Assembly (NCBI GenBank): GCA_001002325.1 | Contig: LCNZ01000001.1 | Span: 67,773-131,772 of the forward strand | DNA: 64,000 nucleotides | From: Candidatus Amesbacteria bacterium GW2011_GWB1_47_19 | GTDB lineage: Bacteria > Patescibacteriota > Microgenomatia > CAZETR01 > Amesbacteraceae | Reading direction: 5' to 3' | Shown: piece after piece, positions 8,357 to 18,984 of the stretch | Layout: each line of letters begins with the position of its first letter | Position numbering within the stretch: the first letter of the stretch is position 1 | Translations under genes and position numbers: made by a program | The notes under the pieces: generated by a model | The model's database searches: none | Seen by the model: only the letters and a program-made list of their open reading frames with translations | Told to the model about the DNA's origin: nothing

Positions 8357-10854
8357 CAGGAGTTATTTGAGTGTCGGAGGAGGGCGAGCTTGGCTAGTTC
8401 GGTGGCGAAAAAGTAAATAAGGACCAGGCTGAAAATCAGAAACAGGTGGAAGGCAGACGGGGGTGTGAGACTAAAAGTACGACTGAGGGGGGTAAAGGGG
8501 AGGATGACCGCAGTAAAAGCGGCGGCAACCGTAAGATAGAGAAGGGGCCGGGAAGGAGCAATCCCTTTATAAAAAGGCCCGGAGGTGCGGATGGAGAATA
8601 GCAAGGCCAGCTCGGTCAAGGTACTGCCGATAAACCAGTTGGTGCGCAAAACCTGCGGTGAGATACCTTGAAACAAGGCGAAGAAAGCGAAATCATCCAG
8701 AGTACTAATAGAGCCTAGTATGACGGCCATCAGCATTAGACGCCGGATGTTGAAACGGACGGGGTGGTTGAGCTGGGTATCTGGAACATTGTCTGTGGCA
8801 ATAGAGATCATGGGAAAATCTGAAAGAAAATTGAGCAGCAATATCTGGATCGGAAGCAGGGGCAGATATTTGATCAACAATGAAGCCGTGGCCAGAGCGA
8901 AAAAATTACCGAAGTTGGAGGTAAGAGTGGCTACTATGTATTTACCCACGTTGGAGGTTACAGTCCGACCGATACGGATACCTTCGATAATGACATTTAG
9001 GTCCTTTTCCAGCAGGATAATATCCGCGCTTTCTCGGGCGACGTCGGCCGCTCCGGCCACGACCAGACCAATGTCCGCGCTATTGAGCGCGACAGCGTCG
9101 TTTATACCTTCACCCAAGAATCCGACGCTGTATTTTTTTTGGAGAGTGTCAATGATTTCATTTTTCTGAAGAGGGTTGACCCGGGCAAAAACCGAGAATT
9201 CAAGAACTGCCTCAGCGAGCTGGTCGGGTGATAACTTGTCCAGTTCAGTGCCGGTCAAAACCTGATCCGGCTGTGAGATCAATCCAATTTCAGCAGCGAC
9301 AGCCCCGGCTACTTCAGGACTGTCTCCGGTAAGTATTTTTATCCGGACCCCTAATTGCCCGGCGGATTTTACAGCCTGGAGGGCCGTGGACTTGAGCCGA
9401 TCAGAGAAGGCGATCAGGCCGATCAATTCGAAACCGGGTGTGGATTCTTGCCGGGACAGGGAGAGACTTGCAGTGGCTTTTTTTTGGGCAACTGCCAGCA
9501 AGCGGTAGCCCATGCGATTGGCACCGGCAGTCCACTTACGAAGGGAGGAATCCTGACCGAGCGGCAGAGCTGAGCAAAGAGGCAGAACTACCTCGGGTGC
9601 TCCCCGAAGAATAACCAAATGACGACGACCGGTACGAACGAGAGCGGAGGTACAACGGCGGACCGGGTCAAAAGGTAATATGGTAACCGGAACTAATCCG
9701 AATAAAACCTGACGCCCGCTATCCGTTAAATTTTCCCGGAGAGTGATGTCAAAGGGATCCTGTGAGGAAGCGGGAACGCCAGCCAAGGCCATAGCGGTTA
9801 CCGGTACGGAAGAGGCGGAAAAATTGTCGGATAAGGTCAGGCGGTTTTCAGTAAGAGTGCCTGTTTTGTCGGTACAGAGAATTTGAATACCACCCAAGTC
9901 CTCTATCGAGGATAATGTCTTGACCACTACTTTATTTCGGGCTAACCGGGAGGCGCCGCGGCTAAGGGAAAAAGTCATCACCACCGGAAGGGCTTCAGGG
10001 ATGACGCTTACCGCTAAAGCGATAGAAAACACCAAGAGGGAGACCGGGGAAACCGAACCACCTTTGAGAACCAGATTGGCCACAAACAAAAAAACCAGGG
10101 TGATGACGACCAGACGGAGAACGAACCGGCCGAAGCCGGATAAATCGGTTTCGAATGCGCTGATTTGACCGGAAACCATCGCCCGGGAGACTATTTGTCC
10201 AAAAGAACTGTCCAATCCGGTGGCAATGACTGCCGCCCGAGCCCGGCCTTTGATGATACTGGTGCCCGAGAAACCGATGTTTTGAGCCTGATAGAGATCA
10301 GGTGCAGGCAAGGACAAGGGGGAACTGCTTTTTACGACCGGGGCTGATTCCCCGGTGAGAACTGACTCGTCTATCACTAATTCGGTGACGGAAATAAACC
10401 TGACATCTGCGGGCAGAATGTCACCCGGTTCCAGCTCCAGAATATCCCCGGGGACCAAATCCTGAACGGGGATATTCACAATGTTACCCGAACGGATGAC
10501 CCTGGAGTGAGACTGGAGATACTTCTGCAGAGTTTTCAGAGTCCGGTCGGACCGATATTCCTGTAAAAAGCCCAAGGCTGTGTTGAGAAACACAAAAAGC
10601 ATGATTATGGAGGCGTCAAGAAGGCTTTCTAATAATCCGGAGACCACAGCTGCCAGGATAAGAAGATAGATAAAAGGGGAAGTGAACTGGCGGGAAAGGA
10701 TGTGCCACCACTCGACCTGCCGCCGGGGAATAGAATTGGGTCCGGAGGATCTGAGGCGCATGACGGCTTCAGCAGCTGTCAGACCGGAATTCCGGCTGTT
10801 TAGGTTTGTCAGTGTTTTTTGAACAGACAGTGCGGAAAATTCCGACCAGATCAT
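8356..10854 (-). CDS. Cation-transporting P-type ATPase (MgtA-like)
   Basis: TGES, PEALP, CTDKTGTLT, LTGD, FARVNP, GEGINDA motifs; alternative start 10866. Confidence 0.9.
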   Translation of the reverse strand: MIWSEFSALSVQKTLTNLNSRNSGLTAAEAVMRLRSSGPNSIPRRQVEWWHILSRQFTSPFIYLLILAAVVSGLLESLLDASIIMLFVFLNTALGFLQEYRSDRTLKTLQKYLQSHSRVIRSGNIVNIPVQDLVPGDILELEPGDILPADVRFISVTELVIDESVLTGESAPVVKSSSPLSLPAPDLYQAQNIGFSGTSIIKGRARAAVIATGLDSSFGQIVSRAMVSGQISAFETDLSGFGRFVLRLVVITLVFLFVANLVLKGGSVSPVSLLVFSIALAVSVIPEALPVVMTFSLSRGASRLARNKVVVKTLSSIEDLGGIQILCTDKTGTLTENRLTLSDNFSASSVPVTAMALAGVPASSQDPFDITLRENLTDSGRQVLFGLVPVTILPFDPVRRCTSALVRTGRRHLVILRGAPEVVLPLCSALPLGQDSSLRKWTAGANRMGYRLLAVAQKKATASLSLSRQESTPGFELIGLIAFSDRLKSTALQAVKSAGQLGVRIKILTGDSPEVAGAVAAEIGLISQPDQVLTGTELDKLSPDQLAEAVLEFSVFARVNPLQKNEIIDTLQKKYSVGFLGEGINDAVALNSADIGLVVAGAADVARESADIILLEKDLNVIIEGIRIGRTVTSNVGKYIVATLTSNFGNFFALATASLLIKYLPLLPIQILLLNFLSDFPMISIATDNVPDTQLNHPVRFNIRRLMLMAVILGSISTLDDFAFFALFQGISPQVLRTNWFIGSTLTELALLFSIRTSGPFYKGIAPSRPLLYLTVAAAFTAVILPFTPLSRTFSLTPPSAFHLFLIFSLVLIYFFATELAKLALLRHSNNS

Positions 10855-11002
10855 ACAAACTATCATACTACCCTAAAAAGTTGTAACTACTCCCCCGCCG
10901 GGAGGGTGAATAAAACCCGAAGGTGCGAACTTATAGTCTATGTTCGGGTTTGTTACGGTTTGGATTGACTTTTAATGTTTTTGGAGATATACTGCAGGCA
11001 GT

Positions 11003-11028
11003 TCTCCCGTTATACCGGGAGATTTTTT
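11003..11028 (+). terminator. Intrinsic-terminator-like hairpin immediately before the M23 gene ATG
   Basis: TCTCCCG-TTATAC-CGGGAGA followed by T6, then ATG at 11029. Confidence 0.6.
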
Positions 11029-11721
11029 ATGGTGAACAAGAATTGGAAAATTTGGGTTTTTAGAAAAGCCGTGCCGGTTCTGAAAAAACAGGCGACTCCC
11101 CTACCAGTCAAGGAGTTGGCTTTCAGAGCCATAAGGTTTGCCGTTACCTGCGGACGCAGCCACCCGGTGAGTTTTGCTCTGAGACCGGTACTTGGACACA
11201 GGCAGCTGCGAAGTGCTTTGGGGCTGGGGATAGCTGTGGGAGCAGTGGTAATGGCGGTTTACGGCCCGTTACCGGCCGGAGCGGGAGATCTGGGAGGACC
11301 GGTGAGTCTAGCTGATATGACCGTTTCTGCGGAGGTGAGTCTGACCACCAAGACAGGAGTGAGATTGCCTCTGGATGTTTACGGGATAAGTCAAAAATAC
11401 TGGCTGCTGCACTCGGGGATAGATATGAGAGCGCCGCTAGGGGAACCGATTCATCCGATTATGTCCGGAAAAGTAATGAAGGTGGAAAAAGAGTGGTTTG
11501 GATATGGGAATATGGTGGTTATCACTCACGGGGCGGAGTACCAGAGTCTGTACGGCCATCTGTCTAAAATATTGGTCAGGGAAGGCCAGGTCGTGACGAC
11601 TGGCACGATAATCGGGGAAGTGGGGTCTACCGGCAGGTCCACCGGACCGCATCTGCACCTGGAAATACTGGAAAACGGAAGAACGGTTAATCCGGCGACG
11701 ATTCTGGGGATTAAACTCTAA
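11029..11721 (+). CDS. M23 family metallopeptidase
   Basis: HSGID, GYGN, YGHL, STGPHLHLE motifs; TM segment; start uncertain (10975 or 11029). Confidence 0.9.
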   Translation: MVNKNWKIWVFRKAVPVLKKQATPLPVKELAFRAIRFAVTCGRSHPVSFALRPVLGHRQLRSALGLGIAVGAVVMAVYGPLPAGAGDLGGPVSLADMTVSAEVSLTTKTGVRLPLDVYGISQKYWLLHSGIDMRAPLGEPIHPIMSGKVMKVEKEWFGYGNMVVITHGAEYQSLYGHLSKILVREGQVVTTGTIIGEVGSTGRSTGPHLHLEILENGRTVNPATILGIKL

Positions 11722-12283
11722 ATTCTTTCCCGTGGCCGGGGATAATAAAGTCAGATAGAGATAGAGATAGAGAACGAGATTGTTTAAGTTGTTCAAAATC
11801 GGAGGCGAATTCGTCGGGAGAATTAACGTCAACTACCTGCTTCTCCCCCACTCTCCACCAGTAAACATCCCCACCAACCAGAATCCGGCCTTTGGCGGTC
11901 GATACCAAAAGAGAGGCATGATCGGGTGAATGACCGGGGGTTTTTATAATTTTAATATCTGTTTGCGGTAAAGTGTTTTCGGTTAAATCTCCTCCCAATG
12001 AGCCTTTCTGCCATTGGAGGGAATTAAAAACGGTAGCATTTTCGAAAATTCCAGCCAATGAGCAATGATCGGGGTGATAGTGGGTGAGAAAGACATAATT
12101 AATTTGGCTTGTTTTCAATCCGGCCTTGGCGAGTGAGGTGAGAAGTTTTTGGCGGTGGCAGCCGGGATCGACAATAATCTTTAATTTACCGGTATTGATT
12201 AGGGTTGTCGTGGAGGTGGCATCCCAAGTGCTGTCGGGATTAACCCGAGCGTAGCCTTCAACCAGAACTTTAATATTATTCAT
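11711..12283 (-). CDS. MBL-fold metallo-hydrolase
   Basis: THYHPDH, TPGHS, GGD, IIPGHG motifs. Confidence 0.9.
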   Translation of the reverse strand: MNNIKVLVEGYARVNPDSTWDATSTTTLINTGKLKIIVDPGCHRQKLLTSLAKAGLKTSQINYVFLTHYHPDHCSLAGIFENATVFNSLQWQKGSLGGDLTENTLPQTDIKIIKTPGHSPDHASLLVSTAKGRILVGGDVYWWRVGEKQVVDVNSPDEFASDFEQLKQSRSLSLSLSDFIIPGHGKEFRV

Positions 12284-12567
12284 TTACCAGGCTGTAAATC
12301 GGAGCGGACGGCGCGGTCGAGGTAAATTTTGATGAGAGATTGATAAGGCACGTCCCGGCGATTGGCAGCCATTTTAATATTATCCAGGAGATGCTGGGGA
12401 AGGCGAAGTGAGATGGTTTGGGTTGAAAATTTGAGATTGGGAAAACTTACATGCCTGGCTTTAGACCAGTCAAAATACAATGAGGAGTCTGCCCTATTCC
12501 AAAAGTCCCGTTCTTCATCCTCGTTTTTAAATTTGGGGATGGGTAAAAGTTTATTTGATTTTTTCAT
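12280..12567 (-). CDS. BrnA/CopG-type antitoxin
   Basis: PKFKNEDEERDFW and ISLRLP...VPYQSLIK ribbon-helix-helix; directly downstream of BrnT. Confidence 0.85.
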   Translation of the reverse strand: MKKSNKLLPIPKFKNEDEERDFWNRADSSLYFDWSKARHVSFPNLKFSTQTISLRLPQHLLDNIKMAANRRDVPYQSLIKIYLDRAVRSDLQPGK

Positions 12568-12850
12568 ATAAATTGCGCTCTTTTTGATTGGCGCTTCTGG
12601 CAGAAATGATTCTAATTTTGTGGTTTCGGATGGTGAAAATGATATTTAATAACTTGTTTGATTCGGAATTTCCTATTAATTGGAATCTTTTTTCGGATTG
12701 CGAGTGGCTTGGGTCGAGTGCCAACACACTGGCAGGATCTTTGAAAGTCGACTCGCTATCTTTTTGGCTAACTTGGTGTTTTAACCAACTTTTTTCAATG
12801 TTCCCTGCGTCCCAGTCAAATTCCAAGGCAGCGTCGAATTGACCGGGCAT
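12551..12850 (-). CDS. BrnT family ribonuclease toxin
   Basis: FDWDAGNIEKSWLKH, HSQSEKRF, IRIISARSANQKER motifs. Confidence 0.9.
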   Translation of the reverse strand: MPGQFDAALEFDWDAGNIEKSWLKHQVSQKDSESTFKDPASVLALDPSHSQSEKRFQLIGNSESNKLLNIIFTIRNHKIRIISARSANQKERNLYEKIK

Positions 12851-12856
12851 ATCATT

Positions 12857-12897
12857 TGTATATTGCTATAATATACATGTTGAGACTATTTTGTCAA
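12857..12897 (-). promoter_or_regulatory. brnT promoter with palindromic operator
   Basis: TTGACA at 12897-12892; inverted repeat TGTATATT-N5-AATATACA (12857-12877) overlaps the -10 region, as expected for TA autoregulation. Confidence 0.65.
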
Positions 12898-12924
12898 GAA
12901 GTGGAGAATAATAAATTTCATGGC

Positions 12925-13536
12925 TTAGTGGTGGATTTCCCTAGAATTATTGTTGGTTTCAATAATTCGTTTAGCAGCTTCCAAGCCATGCCAGATAAAG
13001 CTTTGTATTCCTAGCTCTCGAGCTATTTGGATATTTTTTTCAGAATCATCGAAATAGACTGTTTGTCCAGGGGCTATGTGCTGTTCATTGAGAAGTGCTT
13101 TAAAAGCCTCCGGGGAAGGTTTGACATGTCCTGTCTCCCAAGAGAAATATGCCCTATCAATGTTTGAAAAAATTTCAGAAAATTGTTCACGATAGTAGGT
13201 AGTCCGCTCCTTAAAGTTGTTTGAAAGGATAAACACCTTTGTCCCCTGCTCCCTAAGTTGCCGGGTATATTCCACCAGTTCAGGAACTAAATGCTCTCCG
13301 GAAAACCAAAAGTTGAAAAATCCCGTTTCGTTCAAACCTACATTCCATTTTTTCAGATGTGATTCCCAGAGAGAAAAAGCGGGGGGAGCATCGGGCAGAC
13401 GAACTTGATCCATGATTCCTTTCATTACCTGAAAAAATTCCTTATTGGGAACTCCGTAAGTTTCTTCAAACCGATCGCTTAAGTATCGGCTTTCAAGAAA
13501 AACACCATTAAGATCAAATATTACAGCCTTGTACAC
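12925..13536 (-). CDS. HAD-superfamily (IA) phosphatase
   Basis: IFDLNGV, ILSN, KP, YFDD motifs. Confidence 0.9.
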   Translation of the reverse strand: MYKAVIFDLNGVFLESRYLSDRFEETYGVPNKEFFQVMKGIMDQVRLPDAPPAFSLWESHLKKWNVGLNETGFFNFWFSGEHLVPELVEYTRQLREQGTKVFILSNNFKERTTYYREQFSEIFSNIDRAYFSWETGHVKPSPEAFKALLNEQHIAPGQTVYFDDSEKNIQIARELGIQSFIWHGLEAAKRIIETNNNSREIHH

Positions 13537-13565
13537 TGTGATATTTTATCTGAAGATCAGGGGGT

Positions 13566-14306
13566 TTAGTAGTCTTCCATTCCGCTTAGGCTAGCGGGGA
13601 CTGGCTTGGCTTGAACCCAAATTTGGTTAAAAAAATCTGACATTATTTTACCAAAGGGAGGATAAACAAAGCGGACACCAAGAGCTTCATCCTTGTTGGT
13701 GGGATTATAGGAGGTTACAAAAACGATGCAGGAGTCGATAATAATAATTCGGGAATTAACAGAGGGGTAAAATTTAACCTTCAGGCCATTTTTTATCCAA
13801 TTATGGATCATTTTCAGGTTGTCTTTGTCTATCCGCTGAACTATCAACCGAATACTTACTCCCCGTTTTATTGCTCGAGTGTTTTCTAACACCAGCTCTG
13901 CGGGAATTTCGTCTCCTGAGACTACAAGACAGACTTTCTTACGTGAGCCTCTCTGGTCAACGATGCTGGTATCCAAAAGCTCATTTCGATTATTAAGAAA
14001 GGTGATACCAGGCTGTTCAAGTATGATGTTTTCTTTTTGAGAGAAAGTGCTTAAGAACCAGTCTTTTTGAGGTGCGAGAAAAAGATTTACTGCTTGCTGG
14101 GGGGCGATTGCTTTAAAGGTCGCCGGCTGGTTTCTGTTTTTTATCACACAGCCCAAATTAATAAGAGGCTTGAGGGCGCGATAGACGGAATGTGGCCAGA
14201 TGTGAAGACTTCGTCCAATGTCTGTGGCAGTCATCTCTCCTCCATCAAGAAGAACTTGATAGATCTGAGTGGCCTGTGGGGGAATTTGAGCCGATAGGCC
14301 TTTCAC
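13566..14306 (-). CDS. TrmB-family transcriptional regulator
   Basis: N-terminal wHTH (IYQVLL...VYRALKPLINLG), PLD-like C-terminal domain (RIIIIDS); ends in GroEL-like GMEDY. Confidence 0.8.
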   Translation of the reverse strand: MKGLSAQIPPQATQIYQVLLDGGEMTATDIGRSLHIWPHSVYRALKPLINLGCVIKNRNQPATFKAIAPQQAVNLFLAPQKDWFLSTFSQKENIILEQPGITFLNNRNELLDTSIVDQRGSRKKVCLVVSGDEIPAELVLENTRAIKRGVSIRLIVQRIDKDNLKMIHNWIKNGLKVKFYPSVNSRIIIIDSCIVFVTSYNPTNKDEALGVRFVYPPFGKIMSDFFNQIWVQAKPVPASLSGMEDY

Positions 14307-14364
14307 TAAAGAACGATTTTAGCGCTTTTTGGTTAATTTGCTAGAGAGGTTTATATTATGAGTC

Positions 14365-14637
14365 ATGATTAAGGATATATTGATTAGGGGAAGGGAGGCA
14401 GCGGCAAAAAGGGTATGTAATTTGAATGTAAGCCCCAAGCTGGCGGAGACGATTACCAGTAAAAGACAACAGGAAGAAATTGATGCAGTACTGAGAGGTA
14501 TTTGGGCAGATCCGGCAACAGGGCCCGGGTCAGAAGCTGAAAGAGAACACTGGAGAGTACATGGGCACGATTACATGTCCACTGTTATCCAAAGGGTGAG
14601 GAAACAAGTAATTGGGGGGGCTAAGGGTAAAAAATAA
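14365..14637 (+). CDS. Hypothetical protein
   Basis: 90-aa ORF filling the gap, with a -10-like box just upstream. Confidence 0.55.
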   Translation: MIKDILIRGREAAAKRVCNLNVSPKLAETITSKRQQEEIDAVLRGIWADPATGPGSEAEREHWRVHGHDYMSTVIQRVRKQVIGGAKGKK

Positions 14638-14646
14638 CCAGAACCA

Positions 14647-16610
<1,964 letters not shown>

Positions 16611-16622
16611 GCTTAAAAAATT

Positions 16623-16681
16623 CTAGCAGATTATCCGCTAGACTGCCAGTGTTTATACCAAAGAGTGGATTCAGATGTCAA
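16623..16681 (-). promoter_or_regulatory. groESL promoter with CIRCE-like (HrcA) operator
   Basis: CTGGCAGTC-N9-ATCTGCTAG (16649-16623) versus consensus TTAGCACTC-N9-GAGTGCTAA; TTGACA at 16681-16676. Confidence 0.65.
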
Positions 16682-16685
16682 GAGG

Positions 16686-17012
16686 CTAATTACAGGGAGT
16701 GATCGTTACCGTTGTTCTCCTATTGTTATTCCAATCTACATCCAGTGAAATGTTTACATCTAAACCATATTTCCTTAAATTTCTCCGAATAGAGATTGCG
16801 GTTTTTTCAGCCTCTATATTCGGAGGAGTCAAGCCCGTATAACCCTCAAATACAAGGGTAGCGCCATCGCTTCGATGGATTATCTCTGCCACTTGGTTCG
16901 CCAATTCTTCATATGGACTTTCTCTGTGTCTCGTGGCATGACTTTTGGCGCGTTTATTTGTGGTTTCAATTTCACGTCTGTTGGCAGCTCTTATTTCAGT
17001 GAGAGGAGACAT
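16686..17012 (-). CDS. Hypothetical protein
   Basis: 108-aa ORF with its own TTGACA-N17-TATTTT promoter ending 6 nt before the ATG. Confidence 0.65.
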   Translation of the reverse strand: MSPLTEIRAANRREIETTNKRAKSHATRHRESPYEELANQVAEIIHRSDGATLVFEGYTGLTPPNIEAEKTAISIRRNLRKYGLDVNISLDVDWNNNRRTTVTITPCN

Positions 17013-17067
17013 GAGAAGAAAATACCTTTACCTTGATTGGTTGTCAATAGGCTCGCTATCTATATAT

Positions 17068-18087
17068 TTAACTGAGGCGGGAGAGGTCGGAGTGGACCAT
17101 CATGGACACTAATTGTTTGAACGAAGTTTTGGGTTTCCAGCCCAGAATCCGTTTTATTTTTGAAGCATCGGCGACAAGCGGCCCTGTTTCGGTCGGCCGG
17201 TTCCATTCGGGGTTGATGACGACATGATCCTGCCAGTTTAATCCGACTTCGGAAAAGGCGGCTTCACAGAACTGGCGGACGGTGTGAACCTGACCGGTAC
17301 CAACCACCCAGTCATCCGGCCGGTCATGATGCAATATAAGCCACATAGCCTCCACATAATCCCCGGCAAATCCCCAGTCGCGCTGGGCGTCAAGATTGCC
17401 CAATTCGAGTTTACCCAGGGCATTAATCACCGGACGTCCTCCCTGGGCGATGGGGAGGCGTCCGCCTTTTAAGCCCAGTTTTATGGCTACTGCCCCCAGG
17501 CTGATTTTGCGAGTGACAAAATCAGGACTGCGCCGGGGACTTTCATGATTGAACAGAATCCCGGTGGAGATAAACAGCTTGAAAGATTCGCGATAAATTT
17601 GAGCATCGAAATGAGCCAAAGCCTTAGCCGCGGCATAGGGATTGGCAGGATGGATGGGAGTGTCCTCGTTTTGAGGGATAATTTTAGTTTTTCCAAAAAG
17701 TTCGCTAGTACTGGCCTGATAAAGACGAGACCTCGGAGTAACATTGCGCACGGCTTCGTAAATTCTGAGGGCTCCAAGGCCGGTCTGGTCGGCGGTTGCC
17801 AGCGGCTGGAGCCAGGACTCGTGGACATGTGACAGGGCTCCCAGGTTGTAAATTTCATCGGGCTGAATTTTTGCCAGATACATAGACAAACAAGCGGGGT
17901 CTGCCAGGTCACCGAAAGAAAATTCAATTTCATGCCGCAGGTGGGCCACGTTACCATAACTAGGATTACTGTTCCGGCGTAACAAACCGTGAACTTTATA
18001 GTTTTTCTCCAGCAGGAATTCGGCCAGGTAGGAACCGTCCTGACCGGTAATACCGGTGATAAATGCTATTTTTCGTTTATCGGGCAC
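17068..18087 (-). CDS. gmd: GDP-mannose 4,6-dehydratase
   Basis: ITGITGQDGSYLAE, YQASTSE, PYAAAK, LFNHESPRR, GNLDAQRDWG. Confidence 0.96.
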   Translation of the reverse strand: MPDKRKIAFITGITGQDGSYLAEFLLEKNYKVHGLLRRNSNPSYGNVAHLRHEIEFSFGDLADPACLSMYLAKIQPDEIYNLGALSHVHESWLQPLATADQTGLGALRIYEAVRNVTPRSRLYQASTSELFGKTKIIPQNEDTPIHPANPYAAAKALAHFDAQIYRESFKLFISTGILFNHESPRRSPDFVTRKISLGAVAIKLGLKGGRLPIAQGGRPVINALGKLELGNLDAQRDWGFAGDYVEAMWLILHHDRPDDWVVGTGQVHTVRQFCEAAFSEVGLNWQDHVVINPEWNRPTETGPLVADASKIKRILGWKPKTSFKQLVSMMVHSDLSRLS

Positions 18088-18120
18088 AGCGTGATTATAC
18101 AGGGGATCATTCGATTGTGC

Positions 18121-18984
18121 TCAAGATGGATTCCTTTGGGAATTCGGGTGAAAAAAAGCAAAACCCAAACCGATGTGTTCGGAGGTCATTTTAGGTTTCA
18201 TATATAAATACTGAAGAAGGAAGAAGAAAAGATTAAGAGGGTAAAGGAGCCAAGTCAAATTTTCAATTTTTAATTTACAATTTTCAATCAAATTCGATTT
18301 TCCAAATTTTTTAAGGCTTTCTTGATAAGCCACGGGTAAGTATTCACTAGCCCAGGGGTTGGCGGCAAGAAATTGGTGGTGGATGGAGGATTTATCAAAA
18401 AGCGGGCGGGCCTGGAGAATTTCGTGGGCGGTATAGAGATTTTGGGGCCGGATATTAAGATGGCCGTAATCCAGATATAGGTTGTCGCAGATTTTATCGC
18501 GGACGCGGGGGGATGAATGCTCCGGCAGGCGGGGAGGGCGACGATAAGACTTGGGTGAGAGATAGAGATAAAGGATAAAACGGGTGATCCACAGAGTGTG
18601 GGGTATGGTAATAACCATGATATCGATGTCGTCGTTTTCGGGGCAGTTATTCATGGCCAGAGCTCCGGTGATAAAAACCGCCCGAATAGTGGGGAAACGC
18701 CGGAGTGACTCCCCTACCCTGCGGGCGATAAGCCATTTTTTCCGGCTGTATATTTCACGCTGCCTGCGAATCGGGATTAATTTTTGTCGATGGGGAAGAA
18801 AACAGTAATTTTCAATTTTAAATTTATAGTTTTTAATCAATCTATTAATTTCCAATTTTGAAAAATGCGTGCGGATCTGCCAAAACCAAAGTTCTTCAAG
18901 GGTGAGAGGATAATCGAACCGATCTGAATAGCGAAGTGCCGAAAGAAGAAGACTACTGCTCCGGCAAGGCTGTGGAGATGCCAT
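18121..18984 (-). CDS. Nucleotidyltransferase-fold conserved hypothetical protein
   Basis: FDYPLT, TGALAM..DDID (G-S/A...DxD), NLYTAHEI; carries two heptamer tracts; start uncertain. Confidence 0.7.
   Translation of the reverse strand: MASPQPCRSSSLLLSALRYSDRFDYPLTLEELWFWQIRTHFSKLEINRLIKNYKFKIENYCFLPHRQKLIPIRRQREIYSRKKWLIARRVGESLRRFPTIRAVFITGALAMNNCPENDDIDIMVITIPHTLWITRFILYLYLSPKSYRRPPRLPEHSSPRVRDKICDNLYLDYGHLNIRPQNLYTAHEILQARPLFDKSSIHHQFLAANPWASEYLPVAYQESLKKFGKSNLIENCKLKIENLTWLLYPLNLFFFLLQYLYMKPKMTSEHIGLGFAFFHPNSQRNPS

Noticed and set aside
8217-8420. 67-aa ORF
   Set aside because: Runs across tRNA-Cys and the antisense of the ATPase end
10880-10960. c-di-AMP (ydaO) riboswitch suggested by GGGTGAAT upstream of an M23 gene
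   Set aside because: The other conserved ydaO blocks (GCTGAA, CCCGTCAGCTAA) are not recognisable; kept only as an unnamed candidate leader
11752-11773. AGATAG hexamer run in the MBL gene
   Set aside because: Short in-frame Ser-Leu microsatellite; ordinary slippage explains it and it does not match the 7/8-bp families
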